Shown piece by piece: positions 11,458-23,720 of a stretch of 64,000 bases of DNA. The notes beneath the pieces were generated by a model. The model was not told the origin of the DNA. It made no database searches and saw nothing but the letters and a program-made list of their open reading frames with translations. The stretch lies in contig NC_090326.1 in the NCBI RefSeq assembly GCF_035084215.1, forward strand, positions 156,054,001 to 156,118,000. Reading direction: 5' to 3'. The position numbers were made by a program, and so were the translations under genes. The DNA comes from Heptranchias perlo. Its lineage: Eukaryota. Position 1 is the stretch's first letter; every line of letters begins with the position of its first letter.

Positions 11458-12214
11458 TGTCCCTACGGAGATAAAACTTGCATACCATATTAAGCAAACA
11501 GGAATTCTACCTGTCTGGAGCTCTGGACCTGGGTTTAGATACTGTTGAGCATGGTGATGAGGTACCATGTGCTTCGAGTGTTTCGCTGACCCAAAATAAA
11601 CCTAAGGGGTCCAAACTTGGACCAATTTCCAAACATGTTGTGTAAAATTGCCATCAAATACCATAGAGTGAAATTGCTCAATTTGGGTTGTATGGTGAGG
11701 ATTACAAGTTTGCGATCACCCCGCTAGGTGACATTGGGGCCCTACATATTTTGAATACTTAGCAGAATTTTTGTGACAATTATGCAGCCGAACCAGAGAG
11801 ACTGGGCTTGTTGCCACAGCATTGGTGCTAAATTTGGTTTCAAAAGCACTCATTCAGTTTCGGTTAATCTTGGATTCTGACTAGCTGTCACATACCACTC
11901 TTAACTCTAGTGAGATACCTTCGTGAGATGCACGATACGTTCCTGCATGGTTACGTGCCAGAGTTGGTCGTGGTGCCTTTCTTTAGCCAAATGTAAGGCC
12001 TGATTCCTTGTGTTAGGCTGTACGTATTTTTGCCAGACTCCTTGTGCTTTGCTCATCCTGCCCTGACTCGTACGGCTACAAGCAATGGTGGCCCTCTGGT
12101 ATCTTTCTATCTTTCTCTTGCTGAGTCGTTGCAAGGAGTCTTTTACCAGTAGAAACAATCAGACACGTTTGTCATGTGCCTGAGTTTCATTTGTAGGTGT
12201 GTTTTATTTATTTG

Positions 12215-12370
12215 TACAGGGATGATACCAGAACTGAGAGGATATAACTATCGGGAAAGACTGAACAGGCTGGGGCTCTTTTCTCTAGAAAAGTGAGGAT
12301 TGTGGGGTGATCTAATAGAGGTCTTTAAAATTATGAAGGAGTTTGTTAGGGTAGACTTAGAGAAGACGTA
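12215..12370 (+). mobile_element. CR1 fragment
   Basis: GATGATACCAG...GGGTGATCTAATAGAGGTC matches the CR1 ORF2 3' region. Confidence 0.7.
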
Positions 12371-12726
12371 CCCCCTGATAAAAGGTCCATGATGTTAAAT
12401 GCTCAAATTGTGCAAAAGTATGATGGAATAGCGATAGTATACTTGTGAATACTGTTAGGCTGAGGAGAAGGGGAGTTAATGATTGGGTGCTCACTGTGTG
12501 AACGAGAGTTCAGTATGCTGGTGTCGCACTGTATTGTAATCTGGGCCTGGTACACGTGAAGTAGCAAAGCTACCACTTTTATAATTGTTCAGTGACTGAA
12601 ACCATATACAGCAGCAAGTTATGGGATTGTTCCCACTGTCTCAAAACTTAAAAAGCATAAGTTTTGGGTACAATTCTAGACTCGTGTTTTTTTTTTAGAG
12701 GTGGAGTCCACATTTTTAAAAAAACA

Positions 12727-13176
12727 ATAGCACCTTTCATGACCTCAGGACGTCCCAAAGCACTTTACAGCTAATTAAGTATTTTTTTGAAGTGTGGTCA
12801 CTGTTTGTAATGTAGGAAATGTGGCAGCCAATTTGCGCACAGCAAGATCCCACAAACAGCAACGTGATAATGACCAGATAATCTGTTTTAGTAATGTTGG
12901 TTGAGGGATAAATATCGGCCAGGACACTGGGGAGAACTCCCCTGCTCTTCTTTGAATAGTGCCTTGGGATCTTTTACATCCACCCGAGAGGGCAGACAGT
13001 TCCTCGGTTTAATGTCTCATCCGAAAGACAGCACCTTGAACAGTGCAGCACTTCCCTCAGCACTGCACTGGAAGTGTCAGCCTAGATTACGTGCTCAAGT
13101 CTCTGGAATGTGACTTTTCAACCCAGAACCTTCTGACTCAGAGCTGAGAGTTCGACCCACTGAGCCACAGCTAACA
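12727..13176 (-). mobile_element. Full-length DeuSINE
   Basis: Reverse complement of the 2350-2798 element, including the tRNA head. Confidence 0.88.
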
Positions 13177-14239
13177 CCTAACGTGTCAACTTCATTAGTT
13201 GTTTTTAAAATTACAAAAAAATGTGGAAATGAAAAACACTTTTTGTCAGGACAAAAAAATCGGTTAAGATTAAATTGTTGCAAACTCACTTTTGCGATGA
13301 TTTCCCCTCCAAAAAGCTGGGCTTTCTTGGTCAGCTGAGAAGTGTGCTGCTTTTTGTATAAAATTTATAATACTTGAGAATGTGTAAGCTCTTGAAACTC
13401 TGTGTAAAAGCAGTGATGGGATTTAAAAACCTAAAATAAAAGCATTAAATACCAGAAACGCACAGCCAGTCTATCATCAACTGAAATTTGTCCCTTTCTC
13501 CAAATCGACCTTGGTTCTACCCGAAATGTAAATCTACTTCTCGTTGTAGATGCTGATGGAGTCGCTGTGTGGTTTTTTTTTGTTCAGCGTTTCCTATTTT
13601 TATTACCCTGTAGAAAAAGAATGCACTTTTACACGAGACATGATTCCTCTTGTAGTTTTGTGTAATAGAGTGAAGTATCGCCCAAAGGCTTATGAAACGG
13701 TGCTGAATATTTTTGTTGGAATGAGGAGAATTATGCAGTTACTTGCTTTTGGACTGTTTTCATACGTTGTTATTCCCATTGTCCTAGCTGAACATTGTAC
13801 TTGCATGAGAGTAGCCCGAGGCTGGGTACGATGAGGAGAAAGTATCCTCCTGACCTTTTTTGTGCAGTGTCGCTGTGTGCATGACTTGTTGACTTGTTCC
13901 AGTCTGCCTGCGCGGTTAGCAGCATTGTGAGTTGAGCTGGCAGAGACTCTGTGTACAGCAAGAGTGAAGAAGTGACTCCGAGCTCATTTCTAAGGTGAAT
14001 GTGAGGAGGTAGAATGTGTTGCAGTTTTGGGGTATCTATTTCAGCTGAAATCAGCGATACTGACTGGGCAGAGGGATTTTTTTTTGTTGTTGTTTTAAGC
14101 TTAAAACTAGAGGTGTGATTGGTTTTCGTAAAGCGACTGTATTGAGTGGCTTGTGATAACCCCGTTGCCTCTGCTGCGTTTGAGTTGTACTGCTTTCAGA
14201 CTACTGTCCGCAATGGTAGGATTTGAAAGAGAGGTAGAA

Positions 14240-14520
14240 CCTCCATTTATATAAGTGACTTTCATGTCCTCAGGACTTCCCAAAGCTCTTTATAACCAGT
14301 GGATTTGTTTTGAAATGAGTCACCCATTTTGTAGGCAAATGCGGTGGGCAGTTTGCACACACCACAAGGTCTCACAAGCAGGAATGTATGAACGACCAGT
14401 TAATCTGTTTTTAGTGATGTTGGTTGATGGAGCAATGTAGGCCAGGACACTGGGAGAACTTTAGTCATCTTCAGATATTGCCTGGGGATCTTTTGCAAAC
14501 ACCTGAACGTGCAAATTGGG
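14240..14520 (-). mobile_element. Degraded DeuSINE
   Basis: Tail and body motifs (AATCTGTTTTTAGTGATGTTGGTTGA, GGCCAGGACAC). Confidence 0.7.
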
Positions 14521-14612
14521 TGTCTTAGCAATGGTTATGTTCATATTGGGATAAGCGTGTAGCCTGGTTAACAGCAAATGTGTTGTCCCATTAAGAAATA
14601 ACTTGCATTTAT

Positions 14613-15290
14613 ATCATAGTATGATACAGCACAGAGGATGCCGTTCGGCCCCTCGTGCTTGTGGCGGCTCTTTGTGGTACAGCTATCCATTTAGTCCCAT
14701 TCCCCTGCTCTTTCCCCGTAGCCCTGCAAATTTTTTCCCTTTACGTATTTATCTAATTCCCCTTCGAACATTATTACTGAATCTGCTCCACCACCTTTTC
14801 AGGCAGTGCATTCCAGATCATAACAACTCACTGCGTTTAAAAAAAAATGTTTCCCCCATGCTGCCTGTGGCTCTTTTGCCGATCACCTTATGTCTGTGTC
14901 CTCTGGTTACTGACCCTTCTGCCATTATTTACTTTATCAAAATCGTCCATGATCTTGAACACCTCTATCAAATCTCCCCTCTACCATCTCTGCTCTAAGG
15001 AGAACAACCCCAGCTTCTCCAATCTCTCCACATAACTGAAGTCCCTCATCCCTGGTACCATTCTAGTAAATCTCTTCTGCACCCTCTCTAAGGCCTTGAC
15101 ATCCTTCCTAAAGTGTGGTGCCCAGAATTGAACACAATACTCCAGCTGAGACTAACCAGTGTTTTATAAAGATTTAGCATAACTTCCTTGCTTTTATACT
15201 CTATTAATAGCCTTTTCAACCTGTCCTGCCACCTTCAAAGATTTGTGTACGTACACCCCCAGGTCTCTCTGGCCCTGCACCCCCTTTAAC
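14613..15290 (-). mobile_element. CR1 3' fragment
   Basis: Reverse complement of the CR1 3' region at 10750-11457. Confidence 0.85.
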
Positions 15291-15984
15291 ACCTTTAGCA
15301 CCTTTCCTGTGGTTTGGAGATCAGGGCAATAAGTGTTACAGCCCTATCTCTGATTCATGTCCAACCAAGCTCCACGCTTAGCAGAGCTTTGTGAAATCAT
15401 CCTTATTGTGTATGGAAAAACACCTAGCGCTACAGTTAGATTTTGCCCTTCGACCCTGGTGTTTAATAGCTTGAAGTACTCAACCAGAGTTTGAGCGAAT
15501 GTGGTCTCAGGCCTCTCTCGTGGGGTAGTGGAAGAAGCAGTTTGTGCTGATGAATTAAGAGTATCACGCATGAAAGCATATTGGAAATAGAACTACACTT
15601 AAGCCTGCTGTTGGTATAGTTGGTAAGCTGAGGTACAGTGCAGGTTATGGTCATGAGCACAGCATTGAAATTCCGCTGTGGCAGAATATGCCCCTCGACC
15701 GCCATAGAAACCACCGTGTTGTGACTTTTCCGCCTGTATTTACTCCTTGGATCAGTTGCATTTGCCAGTACTTGACGTGTCCATGTTAGAGTGTGTGCTC
15801 TCGTGCTGTTGAACTCTATGATGTGTTGCGCACACATAGACCACACCGTCGCCAGTGGCCTTTCCGAGTTGGAGGAGGCTGGGGTGCCCAGTATATGCAA
15901 CGATCGTAATCCGATCACGCCAAGTACTAGCACTGGTCAGAGTCGGACTAGCACCAGTTTGTAAGACTATCAAGAGCGATGAAT

Positions 15985-16180
15985 TCTTACGATCTAGGAT
16001 GGACTGCCTGTAAGGGTGGTGGAAGCAAATTCAATGGTAACTTTCAAAAGGAATCGGATAAATACTTGAAAAGGAGAAATTTGCAGGGCTATGAGGAAAG
16101 AGCAGGAGGAGTGGGATTAATTGGATTGCTCTTCCAAAGAGCCAGCACAGGCCCGATGGGTGGAATGGCTGCCTTCTGTC
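15985..16180 (+). mobile_element. CR1 3' tail fragment
   Basis: GGTGGTGGAAGCA...GGATAAATACTTGAA...GAATGGCTGCCTTCTG. Confidence 0.75.
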
Positions 16181-16651
16181 CTCAAAGGTGATTGGTGTTC
16201 TTAAGGCGTTGCTGCTCTTGTTTTTCTTAGTGTTAGCGGTCGCAGGGCTGGGCAGTACCGTTAAAGTGACCTTAGTGAGTTGCTGCAGTGCACCCTATAG
16301 AAAGTAAGTACTGCTGCCGCAGTGCGTCGATGACGCAAGGGGGCGGACGTTGAGTCCGGAGGCAGGGCGCTCTCTTCCGGATGGCGTTGAACTTCTTGAG
16401 TGGTGCTGAGGCTTGCATCCATTCAGGAAAATGGTGAGTATTCCATCGCATCCCCCCCCCCCCCCCTCCCCCCGACTTGAACCTTGTAGCTGAGCCGTTC
16501 TTCCACACATACCTTTGTAACACGCACTCCGTCTTCCTGTAAACCAGCCGCACTGTGGTGGCCTGCCGTTGCGTGTGTGCGCCGACTGGCCCTGACACTT
16601 CAGCCGGTATGTGGGTGTGGCATAGCGACATCATGATGCTCAGTCGCGACG

Positions 16652-17100
16652 TGGATGGAGGTGCAGTGCAGACTCACCAGAATGATACCGGGGCCGAAAG
16701 GGTTAAGTCATGAGGACAGGTTGCATAGACTAGGCTTGTATTCCCTCGATTATAGAAGATTAACGGGTGATCTAATTGAGGTGTTTAAGATGATTAAAGG
16801 ATTTGTTAGGGTAGATAGAGAGAAACTATTTCCTCTGGTTGGGGGAGTCCAGAACAAGGGGACATAACCTTAAAATTAGAGCCAGGCCGTTCAGGGATAA
16901 TGTCAGGAAGCACTTCTTCACACAAAGGGGAGTGGAAATCTGGAACTTAAACTGAGATTGATAGATTTTTGTTAGGCAAGGGTATTAAGGGTTACGGGAC
17001 CCAGGCGGGTAGATGGAGTTAAGGTACAGATCAGCCACAATCGAATTGAATGGTGGAACGGGCTCGAGGGGCTGAATGGCTTACTCCTATTCCTATGACA
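16652..17100 (+). mobile_element. CR1 3' fragment
   Basis: RLTRMIPG...GDLIEVFK...; CR1 tail. Confidence 0.85.
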
Positions 17101-17380
17101 TCACTGCAGAAGGAACAGCGGGGCGAGTATCTTGTCGGCACCGCTGCGGCTCGAGCTGCGAGATACGCCCCCTTGAACTGGACTCTCCGAGCAGAGGAAA
17201 TAGGGTTTGCAGAGAGAAACTATCAACTCCTTTTAATCATCAGAAACACCTCAAAGTAATGGGTGGTCTTGTCCGATGTTTTTTTTTTCCCCCCCATTTG
17301 GTTTCTGTCAGTGTGGCTGCATGAGACGTATGCGATGGGAGCTGGCTGTCGGAGACCAATATAAAGGCCTAATAAGAAAT

Positions 17381-17561
17381 GATGTGGAGATGCCGGTGAT
17401 GGACTGGGGTTGACAATTGTAAACAATTTTACAACACCAAGTTATAGTCCAGCAATTTTATTTTAAATTCACAAGCTGACGAAGGAGGAAGCCTCCGAAA
17501 GCTTGTGAATTTAAAATAAAATTGCTGGACTATAACTTGGTGTTGTAAAATTGTTTACAAT
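17381..17561 (+). mobile_element. Penelope-like mini-element P1: 34-bp tail plus perfect 63-bp inverted repeat; 11-bp TSD
   Basis: Arms 17415-17477 and 17500-17562 are exact reverse complements; TAATAAGAAAT at 17370-17380 and 17562-17572. Confidence 0.85.
17476..17508 (+). ncRNA. Minimal hammerhead ribozyme core (stem I partner missing)
   Basis: CTGACGA-A-GGAGG-AAG-CCTCC-GAAA-GC-TT-GTGA. Confidence 0.7.
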
Positions 17562-17896
17562 TAATAAGAAATACAAATAGAGCATTGACTTTTGAAATAG
17601 TCAACGTGCACAATGCAAAAACCTGCTTGTAATTCAGTACTTATTGGACACTGACTTAAGTAAGTACAATTTTTCAGCTGTTTGTGCGGAAAAACGTTGG
17701 GAGAATTTTCCCTCTTGTCCTCCATCCTCACCCCACAACCAGCTTTCGTATGAGGTGTGACTTCCTCCGCTGAACACTACCTTCTTTCAGCAAACGACAG
17801 AAATTATTTGATCCTTGGCGTTCTCATTTTCTTGTGGATGCATTTCCTGTTGTTTTCTTGCGGGGCAGGGTTTTAGGTTCTTGCCCCAGTGGGACC

Positions 17897-18455
17897 AACA
17901 TAGAAACATAGAAAATAGGAGTAGGCCATTCGGCCCTTCGAGCCTGCTCCGCCATTCAATATGATCATGGCTGATCTTCTATCTCAATACCATATTCCCG
18001 CTCTCTCCCCATACCCCTTGATGCCTTTTGTGTCTAGAAATCTATCTAGCTCCTTCTTAAATATATTCAGTGACTTGGCCTCCACAGCCTTCTGTGGTAG
18101 AGAATTCCACAGGTTCACCAGCTTCTGAGTGAAGAAATTTCTCCTCACCTCAGTCCTAAATGTCCTACCCCGTATCCTGAGACTGTGACCCCTCGTTCTG
18201 GACCCCCCAGCTAGGGGAAACATCCTCCCTGCATCCAGTCTGTCTAGCCCTGTCAGAATTTTATACGTTTCAAAGAGATCCCCTCTCATTCTTCTAAACT
18301 CGAGTGAATACAGGCCGAGTCGACCCAATCTCTCCTCATACGACAGTCCTGCCATCCCAGGGATTAGTCTGGTGAACCTTCGCTGCACTCCCTCTATGGC
18401 AAGTATATCCTTTCTTAGATAAGGAGACCAAAACTGCACACAATACTCCAGGTAT
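17897..18455 (-). mobile_element. CR1 3' fragment
   Basis: ORF 17984-18439 QFWSPYLRKDI...RRNFF; tail ATAGAAACATAG. Confidence 0.9.
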
Positions 18456-19444
18456 TGTGAAGCGACCGGGAGTTTCTGTCTGTTGCACTGAATCTATGAC
18501 TCACAGTAAGGGGAAGGGCTTGAGTGAATCTGTTTAGGTCAGGACTACAATACAGTTGTGGTTTCTAAATTCTAAAGGAAGTGCTTTGCTGAAGTGTTTT
18601 ATTTTCCCCTGGGAAAATGGCACTGGTTTGATGGGTAGTGCATTTAAAAAAAAAATGTGAGAGCACGCAAAATGACCCTGGGTCTGCCCGCAAGGGTGCA
18701 ATCTGCACCCAGACAATCACCAATAACCCCCTTTAGCTGGATGCTGAGAGGGGAGAGTATTACTCCAATAACCCCCTTTAGCTGGATGCTGAGAGGAAAT
18801 GATAAGGCAAGTCACAGGCTACGGTGTGTATTAAAGCATGGGTATTATTCTTGGTTGGTGGGGCAAGAATAAGGTGTCTGTTAAGTTTTTCACACTCAAA
18901 TCTTCAATTTATATGAACTACTGTTTGGCTTGGATTCGTGAGTCTGATAAGCGGTAGATGGTTTAAAAGGCTGTGATTGGATCATTTTGGGGGGGTGGGG
19001 GAGGGGAGAGAGATCAAAAGTAATCCTGGTATTGCTTTGAAAGTTTCCAGTGTCAATCCTGCACCTGCATAAAACTTTACTTCGCTGTCCAAAATACATA
19101 CGTTATTTTGGGTGTGGGAGAAGGGAAAGAAAAGAGATGTGCACATATAGGTGGTATTGTGTCATTAAAGAGCCTTTTATATTACAGGCTGGGTCTTGAA
19201 ATAATGATACGAGCCCTCCTCTCCCGAATTTGCCTTCAATTCCTACTTGCAGCTCCCTTTTAAAGCGGAGGCAAAGTGCATTCCAAGGAGAGTGAGTGGT
19301 TGTAACAACTTGGCCACAGTGCATGAGCAACGTCATCGTGTCGGCCTTCATCATCTCGTGACATTGTGACACGCAAACATTTACAGGACGAGTTTGTTTA
19401 CTTGATGTCACGGTGTAATGTCATCACCAAGGTGTGCCTTTATA

Positions 19445-19665
19445 AGAAAGAACTTGTATTTATACAGCGGCTTTCATGACTTCAGGAGGTCCCAAAGCGC
19501 TTTCCAGCCACTGAAGTACTTTTGAAGCATAGTCACTGTTGTAATGTCGGAAACACAGCAGCCAATTTGTGCACAGCAAGGTCCCACAAACAACAAGGAG
19601 ATAAATGACCAGATAATCTGCTCTTAGCGATGTTGGTAGAGGGATAAATATTGACCAGGACTCGA
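19445..19665 (-). mobile_element. DeuSINE 3' half
   Basis: Tail and body match 2580-2798. Confidence 0.8.
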
Positions 19666-19739
19666 ATATTCACAGCGACGGTCACGCTGCTGCCAGTACA
19701 ATGCTTTTACTGAACAGGAAAGCCAGCGCGGGTGCTAAA

Positions 19740-20107
19740 AGTCTGTACTATCCACAGGATGCACTGCAGCAACTCGCCAAGGCTTCTTCGACAGCACCTC
19801 CCAAACCCGCGACCTCTACCACCTAGAAGGACAAGAGCAGCAGACCCATGGGAACAACACCATCTGAACGTTCCCCTCCAAGTCACACAGCATCCCGACT
19901 TGGAAATATATCGCCGTTCCTTCGTCGTTGCTGGGTCAAAATCCTGGAGCTCCCTTCCTAACAGCACTGTGGGAGAACCTTCACCACACGGACTGCAGCG
20001 GTTCAAGAAGGCGGCTCACCACCACCTTCTCAAGGGCAATTAGGGATGGGCAATAAATGCTGGCCTTGCCAGCGACGCCCACATCCCATGAACGAATAAA
20101 AGAAAAA
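19740..20107 (+). mobile_element. LINE family B 3' end
   Basis: Near-identical to the reverse complement of 3040-3410. Confidence 0.9.
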
Positions 20108-21082
20108 TAAGATCCAAGGGAAAAAAAAGTATGTCTTCCTGGCTACCAGTCTTAACTTTTTTTAAAAAATGTAAATACCTCCATCTGACTACAGCAACTG
20201 GTGGCCAAAGAAGAGCCAGGACTGGCAATGACTTAGACAGCTCAGATTAAATCTATCTGGTCCCCAGGACAAGTAAGACCAGCATGGAATGCCGCATCCT
20301 CGGTTTCCGATAAATGGGGCTCACCGCAATCTGGAAGGACAGGCACGGGTTTGGCATCGGTGTGTTTAAAGGCAGCTTAAATCACCCTTGCCGGTGGGGG
20401 GGGGGGTGCCTCAGTATAACTGCCCTGCCGGCCATATTGTTGCCTGGAAACAGTTGTCATCTGTAATGCTACACGGCTGAAGATCCCGCGTGCTTGTTAT
20501 CCAAGTCTCCCCGCTGTGACTGTAGTATAAACAGGCTAGGACAGATTCATGCTGTGGCGCCCAGCTGTACCAGAGGTTCTGTAACTCCCAGAATAAAGTA
20601 GCCTGAGGAAATAAACGTCTGTGTCTCGCTTATTTTAGAAGTCTGATGGCTCGTTTTTGCCCCTGAAACCCTGCCCTCTATAAATGCGAGTTTCTTTCCA
20701 TCCATCCCCCGTGCTGCACTGATGCAGCGACGAGGAGCTGTAAAATGTACTGCTCGTCATGCTAGGTGGTGTGATACTTGCACCTCTGATAAGTCCGTTG
20801 TGAATTGCATGTTAATCTCTCAAAATGTACATGGTAAGAGGTAACCAATACATCCCATCATACCGCCTAATAGAGCTCCTGATTGTTAAAGAGTTTCAAC
20901 CACTGCAATCTTTTAAAAGAAGCTGCTTAGTTTAAATTTTTTTCCCCACTTATTCTTAAAATCTAGATTTTACCTGCAACCTTTCTCTGGGAGCTTGATT
21001 TCCGCTGGTTTAATGTATCTAAATCTGAAATTGCTTTGCACAATTTTAATGCAGTTGCTAACCTGTTGCAAAATAAATAAAC

Positions 21083-21675
21083 CTGTTGAGTCGACTAGGC
21101 CTATATTCACTAGGGTTTAGAAGAATGAGAGATGATCTCATAGAATCATAGAAGTTTACAACATGGAAACAGGCCCTTCGGCCCAACATGTCCATGTCGC
21201 CCAGTTTATACCACTAAGCTAGTCCCAGTTGCCTGCACTTGGCCCATATCCCTCTATACCCATCTTACCCATGTAACTGTCCAAATGCTTTTTAAAAGAC
21301 AAAATTGCACCCACCTCTACTACTGCTTCTGGCAGGACTAGACAGACTAGATGCAGGGAGGATGTTCCCAATGGCTGGGGAGTCCAGAATCAGGGGTCAC
21401 AGTCTCAGGATACGAGGTATGTCATTTAGAACCGAGATGAGGAGAAATTTCTTCGCTCAGAGGGTGGTGAACCTGTGGAATTCTCTACCACAGAAGGCTG
21501 TGGAGGCCAAGTCATTAGATGTATTCATTAGATGTATACAAAAAGGAGATAGATATATTTCTTAATGCTAAAGGAATCAAGGGATATGGGGAAAAAGCGG
21601 GAACAGGGTACTGAGTTAGACGATCAGCCACGATCATTTTGAATGGCACAGCTCCTATTTTCTATGTTTCTATGT
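21083..21675 (+). mobile_element. CR1 3' fragment interrupted by an antisense tail of another CR1 family (about 21139-21333)
   Basis: Inner piece is the reverse complement of about 33050-33240; outer piece matches 37258-37662. Confidence 0.85.
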
Positions 21676-21689
21676 AAAGGAGTTAATGA

Positions 21690-21969
21690 AATAAAAGCAA
21701 GAAATGCTGGAAATACTCAGCAAGTCAGGCGGCATCTGTGGAGAAAGAAGCAGAGTTAACATTTCAGGTCGATGACCTTTCGTTAGAACTGGAAGTTAAT
21801 GAATTAACAGTTTTTAAGCAAGTACAGAGCCAGGGAAAGTGGGGGGATGGTGGGAAAGATGGGGAGGAGAAGGAAGGAAAGAACAAAAGGGAAGGTTTGT
21901 GATAGGGCGAAGGGCAGGAGTGATTAAATGACAAAAGGGATCATTTGCAGTATTTTGCTTTTGCTTTTG
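21690..21969 (-). mobile_element. Penelope-like mini-element Q1 with decayed hammerhead core; 14-bp TSD
   Basis: AAAGGAGTTAATGA at 21676-21689 and 21970-21983; minus strand reads AGTT-CTAACGA-A-AGGTC-ATC-GACCT-GAAA-TG-TT-AACT. Confidence 0.8.
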
Positions 21970-22954
21970 AAAGGAGTTAATGACTTGAGCTAAAGTAGCA
22001 CACACACAGAGGAATATTGTTGGAACTCAATAGCCACTGCATTACCAGAGAAAATTAAAACCTATTGTAGGATGGGTGGAGAGGAATTTCTCCTGTTGGC
22101 CTTTTATAGTGAAATCGTGATCTCGTGTATAAAGATCGTATTGACGATTTCTCTGTATAGAGTCACCGGTGGAAATCCTCCCCCCCGTGGTCACTACAGA
22201 TCCATACGAGGGGTTAAAACACTGCTAGAATTTGTAAGGCAAGCAATGTAGTGTAATTAACCCCTCGGCGTCTCCAGCTGTTTCTCCCTCTCGTCTCCTT
22301 TCCTCGGCTGGAGCCCGTGTCGACTGGAAGTCGGTCCTAAGGCTCCGTTGTGAGGGTGAACAGGTTCAGTGGCTGTAAGCTGCCAGTAAGCTATTTTCCC
22401 CGTTAATGTGGGATAGGTGATGTGATCTTTGGGGATTGGTGGCATTCGATTATGAAACGTGTGGTTTAAAGGCAATTTAATAGGTACCGCAGTGAAGGGT
22501 AACCAATGGGTCCTCGCTACTATAACACTCTGATGTATTTGCCAACTTTTCTGTTGGCTATATGTCTACATGCCATGGCATTGGCTGCTTAAAGGAGCTG
22601 CTCCAAAACCTGCTGTCTGCCTCCTGGGCGAGTTGCAGTAAGATGCACCTCAGTGAGTCCGTACGGCCGTAGCCTGGTCCGTCGGGGGTGAGGGGCGGAG
22701 GGGATGTAGTGGGATGCTGTACTTTTTCTAAAGGAAAATATAAACGATTGGTGCCCTCAGTCAGAATCACAATATTAGGAACTCTGGAGTAGTAACAAAA
22801 AAAAACCATTAAAAAGCTAAAGCCGGTTGTCCGAGCTATCAGAGGCAAGTGCTTTTGTACCCTGAGCCAGTCAGTGCTGGCCATGCAAGGGAGTGGGGAA
22901 GGGGGCAGATAACTGCTAGACCGACTCTGCGCCTCGGGGTTTATAAAGGACTAA

Positions 22955-23215
22955 AGAATTTGCATTCATATAGCGCCTTTCACGACCTCTGGAAGTCCCA
23001 ATGTGCTTCCCAGCCAATTAAGTACTTTTGAAGTGTAATCACTATTGTGATGTAGGAAACGCGGCAGCCAATTTGCGCACAGCAAGGTCCCACAAACAGC
23101 AATGTGATGACCAGATCATTTTTGAAGGCATTGGTTGAGGGATAAATATTGGCCAGGTCTCCCTTGCTTTTCTTCGAAATAGTGCTAAGGGATCTTTTAC
23201 ATCCATCCGAGAGGT
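22955..23215 (-). mobile_element. DeuSINE 3' part
   Basis: Similarity to 2350-2798. Confidence 0.8.
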
Positions 23216-23359
23216 TCCCTATGGGTGACAGCCAATAGAGAGAGAATCTGTATTCTTTGTTTGTCATTGTGGGTGGGGAAAATGTGTTGCCAGTTTCCTA
23301 GTGATGGTGTTCTTGCACAGCTATTACCTTTTGCTGTGCATATGGGGCTATACATACCA

Positions 23360-23720
23360 GATAATCTAGAGTGACACTCGTAGTGCTGGACTGAGGGAGT
23401 GCTGCACTGTTGGATGTGCCATCTTTCGGATGAGACGTTAAACCGAGGCTCCGTCTGACCCCTCAGGAGGATGTAAAAGATCCCATGGCACTATTCAAGG
23501 AAGAGCAGGGGAGTTCTCCCTGGTGTCCTGGCCAATATTTAATCCCTCAAGCAACATCACTAAAACAGATTACCTGGTCATTATCACATTGCTGTTTGTG
23601 GGACCTTGCGATGCAAATTGGCTGCCACGTTTCCTACATTACAATAGTGGCTACACTTCAAAAGTGGTGTCTTTGGGGCACCCTGAAGGCGCTTTATAAA
23701 TGAAAGCTCATTCTTCCTTT
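23360..23720 (+). mobile_element. DeuSINE lacking the tRNA head
   Basis: CTGAGGGAGTGCTGCACTG through to the tail. Confidence 0.85.

Noticed and set aside
15463-15933. 156-aa ORF in unique DNA (also 866-1171, 26138-26584, 39244-39690)
   Set aside because: No recognisable domain or splice context; length compatible with chance
17741-17790. Minus-strand CTGAAAGA...CGAAAGCT hammerhead-like spacing
   Set aside because: Core does not fit CUGANGA and I find no convincing stems or TSD
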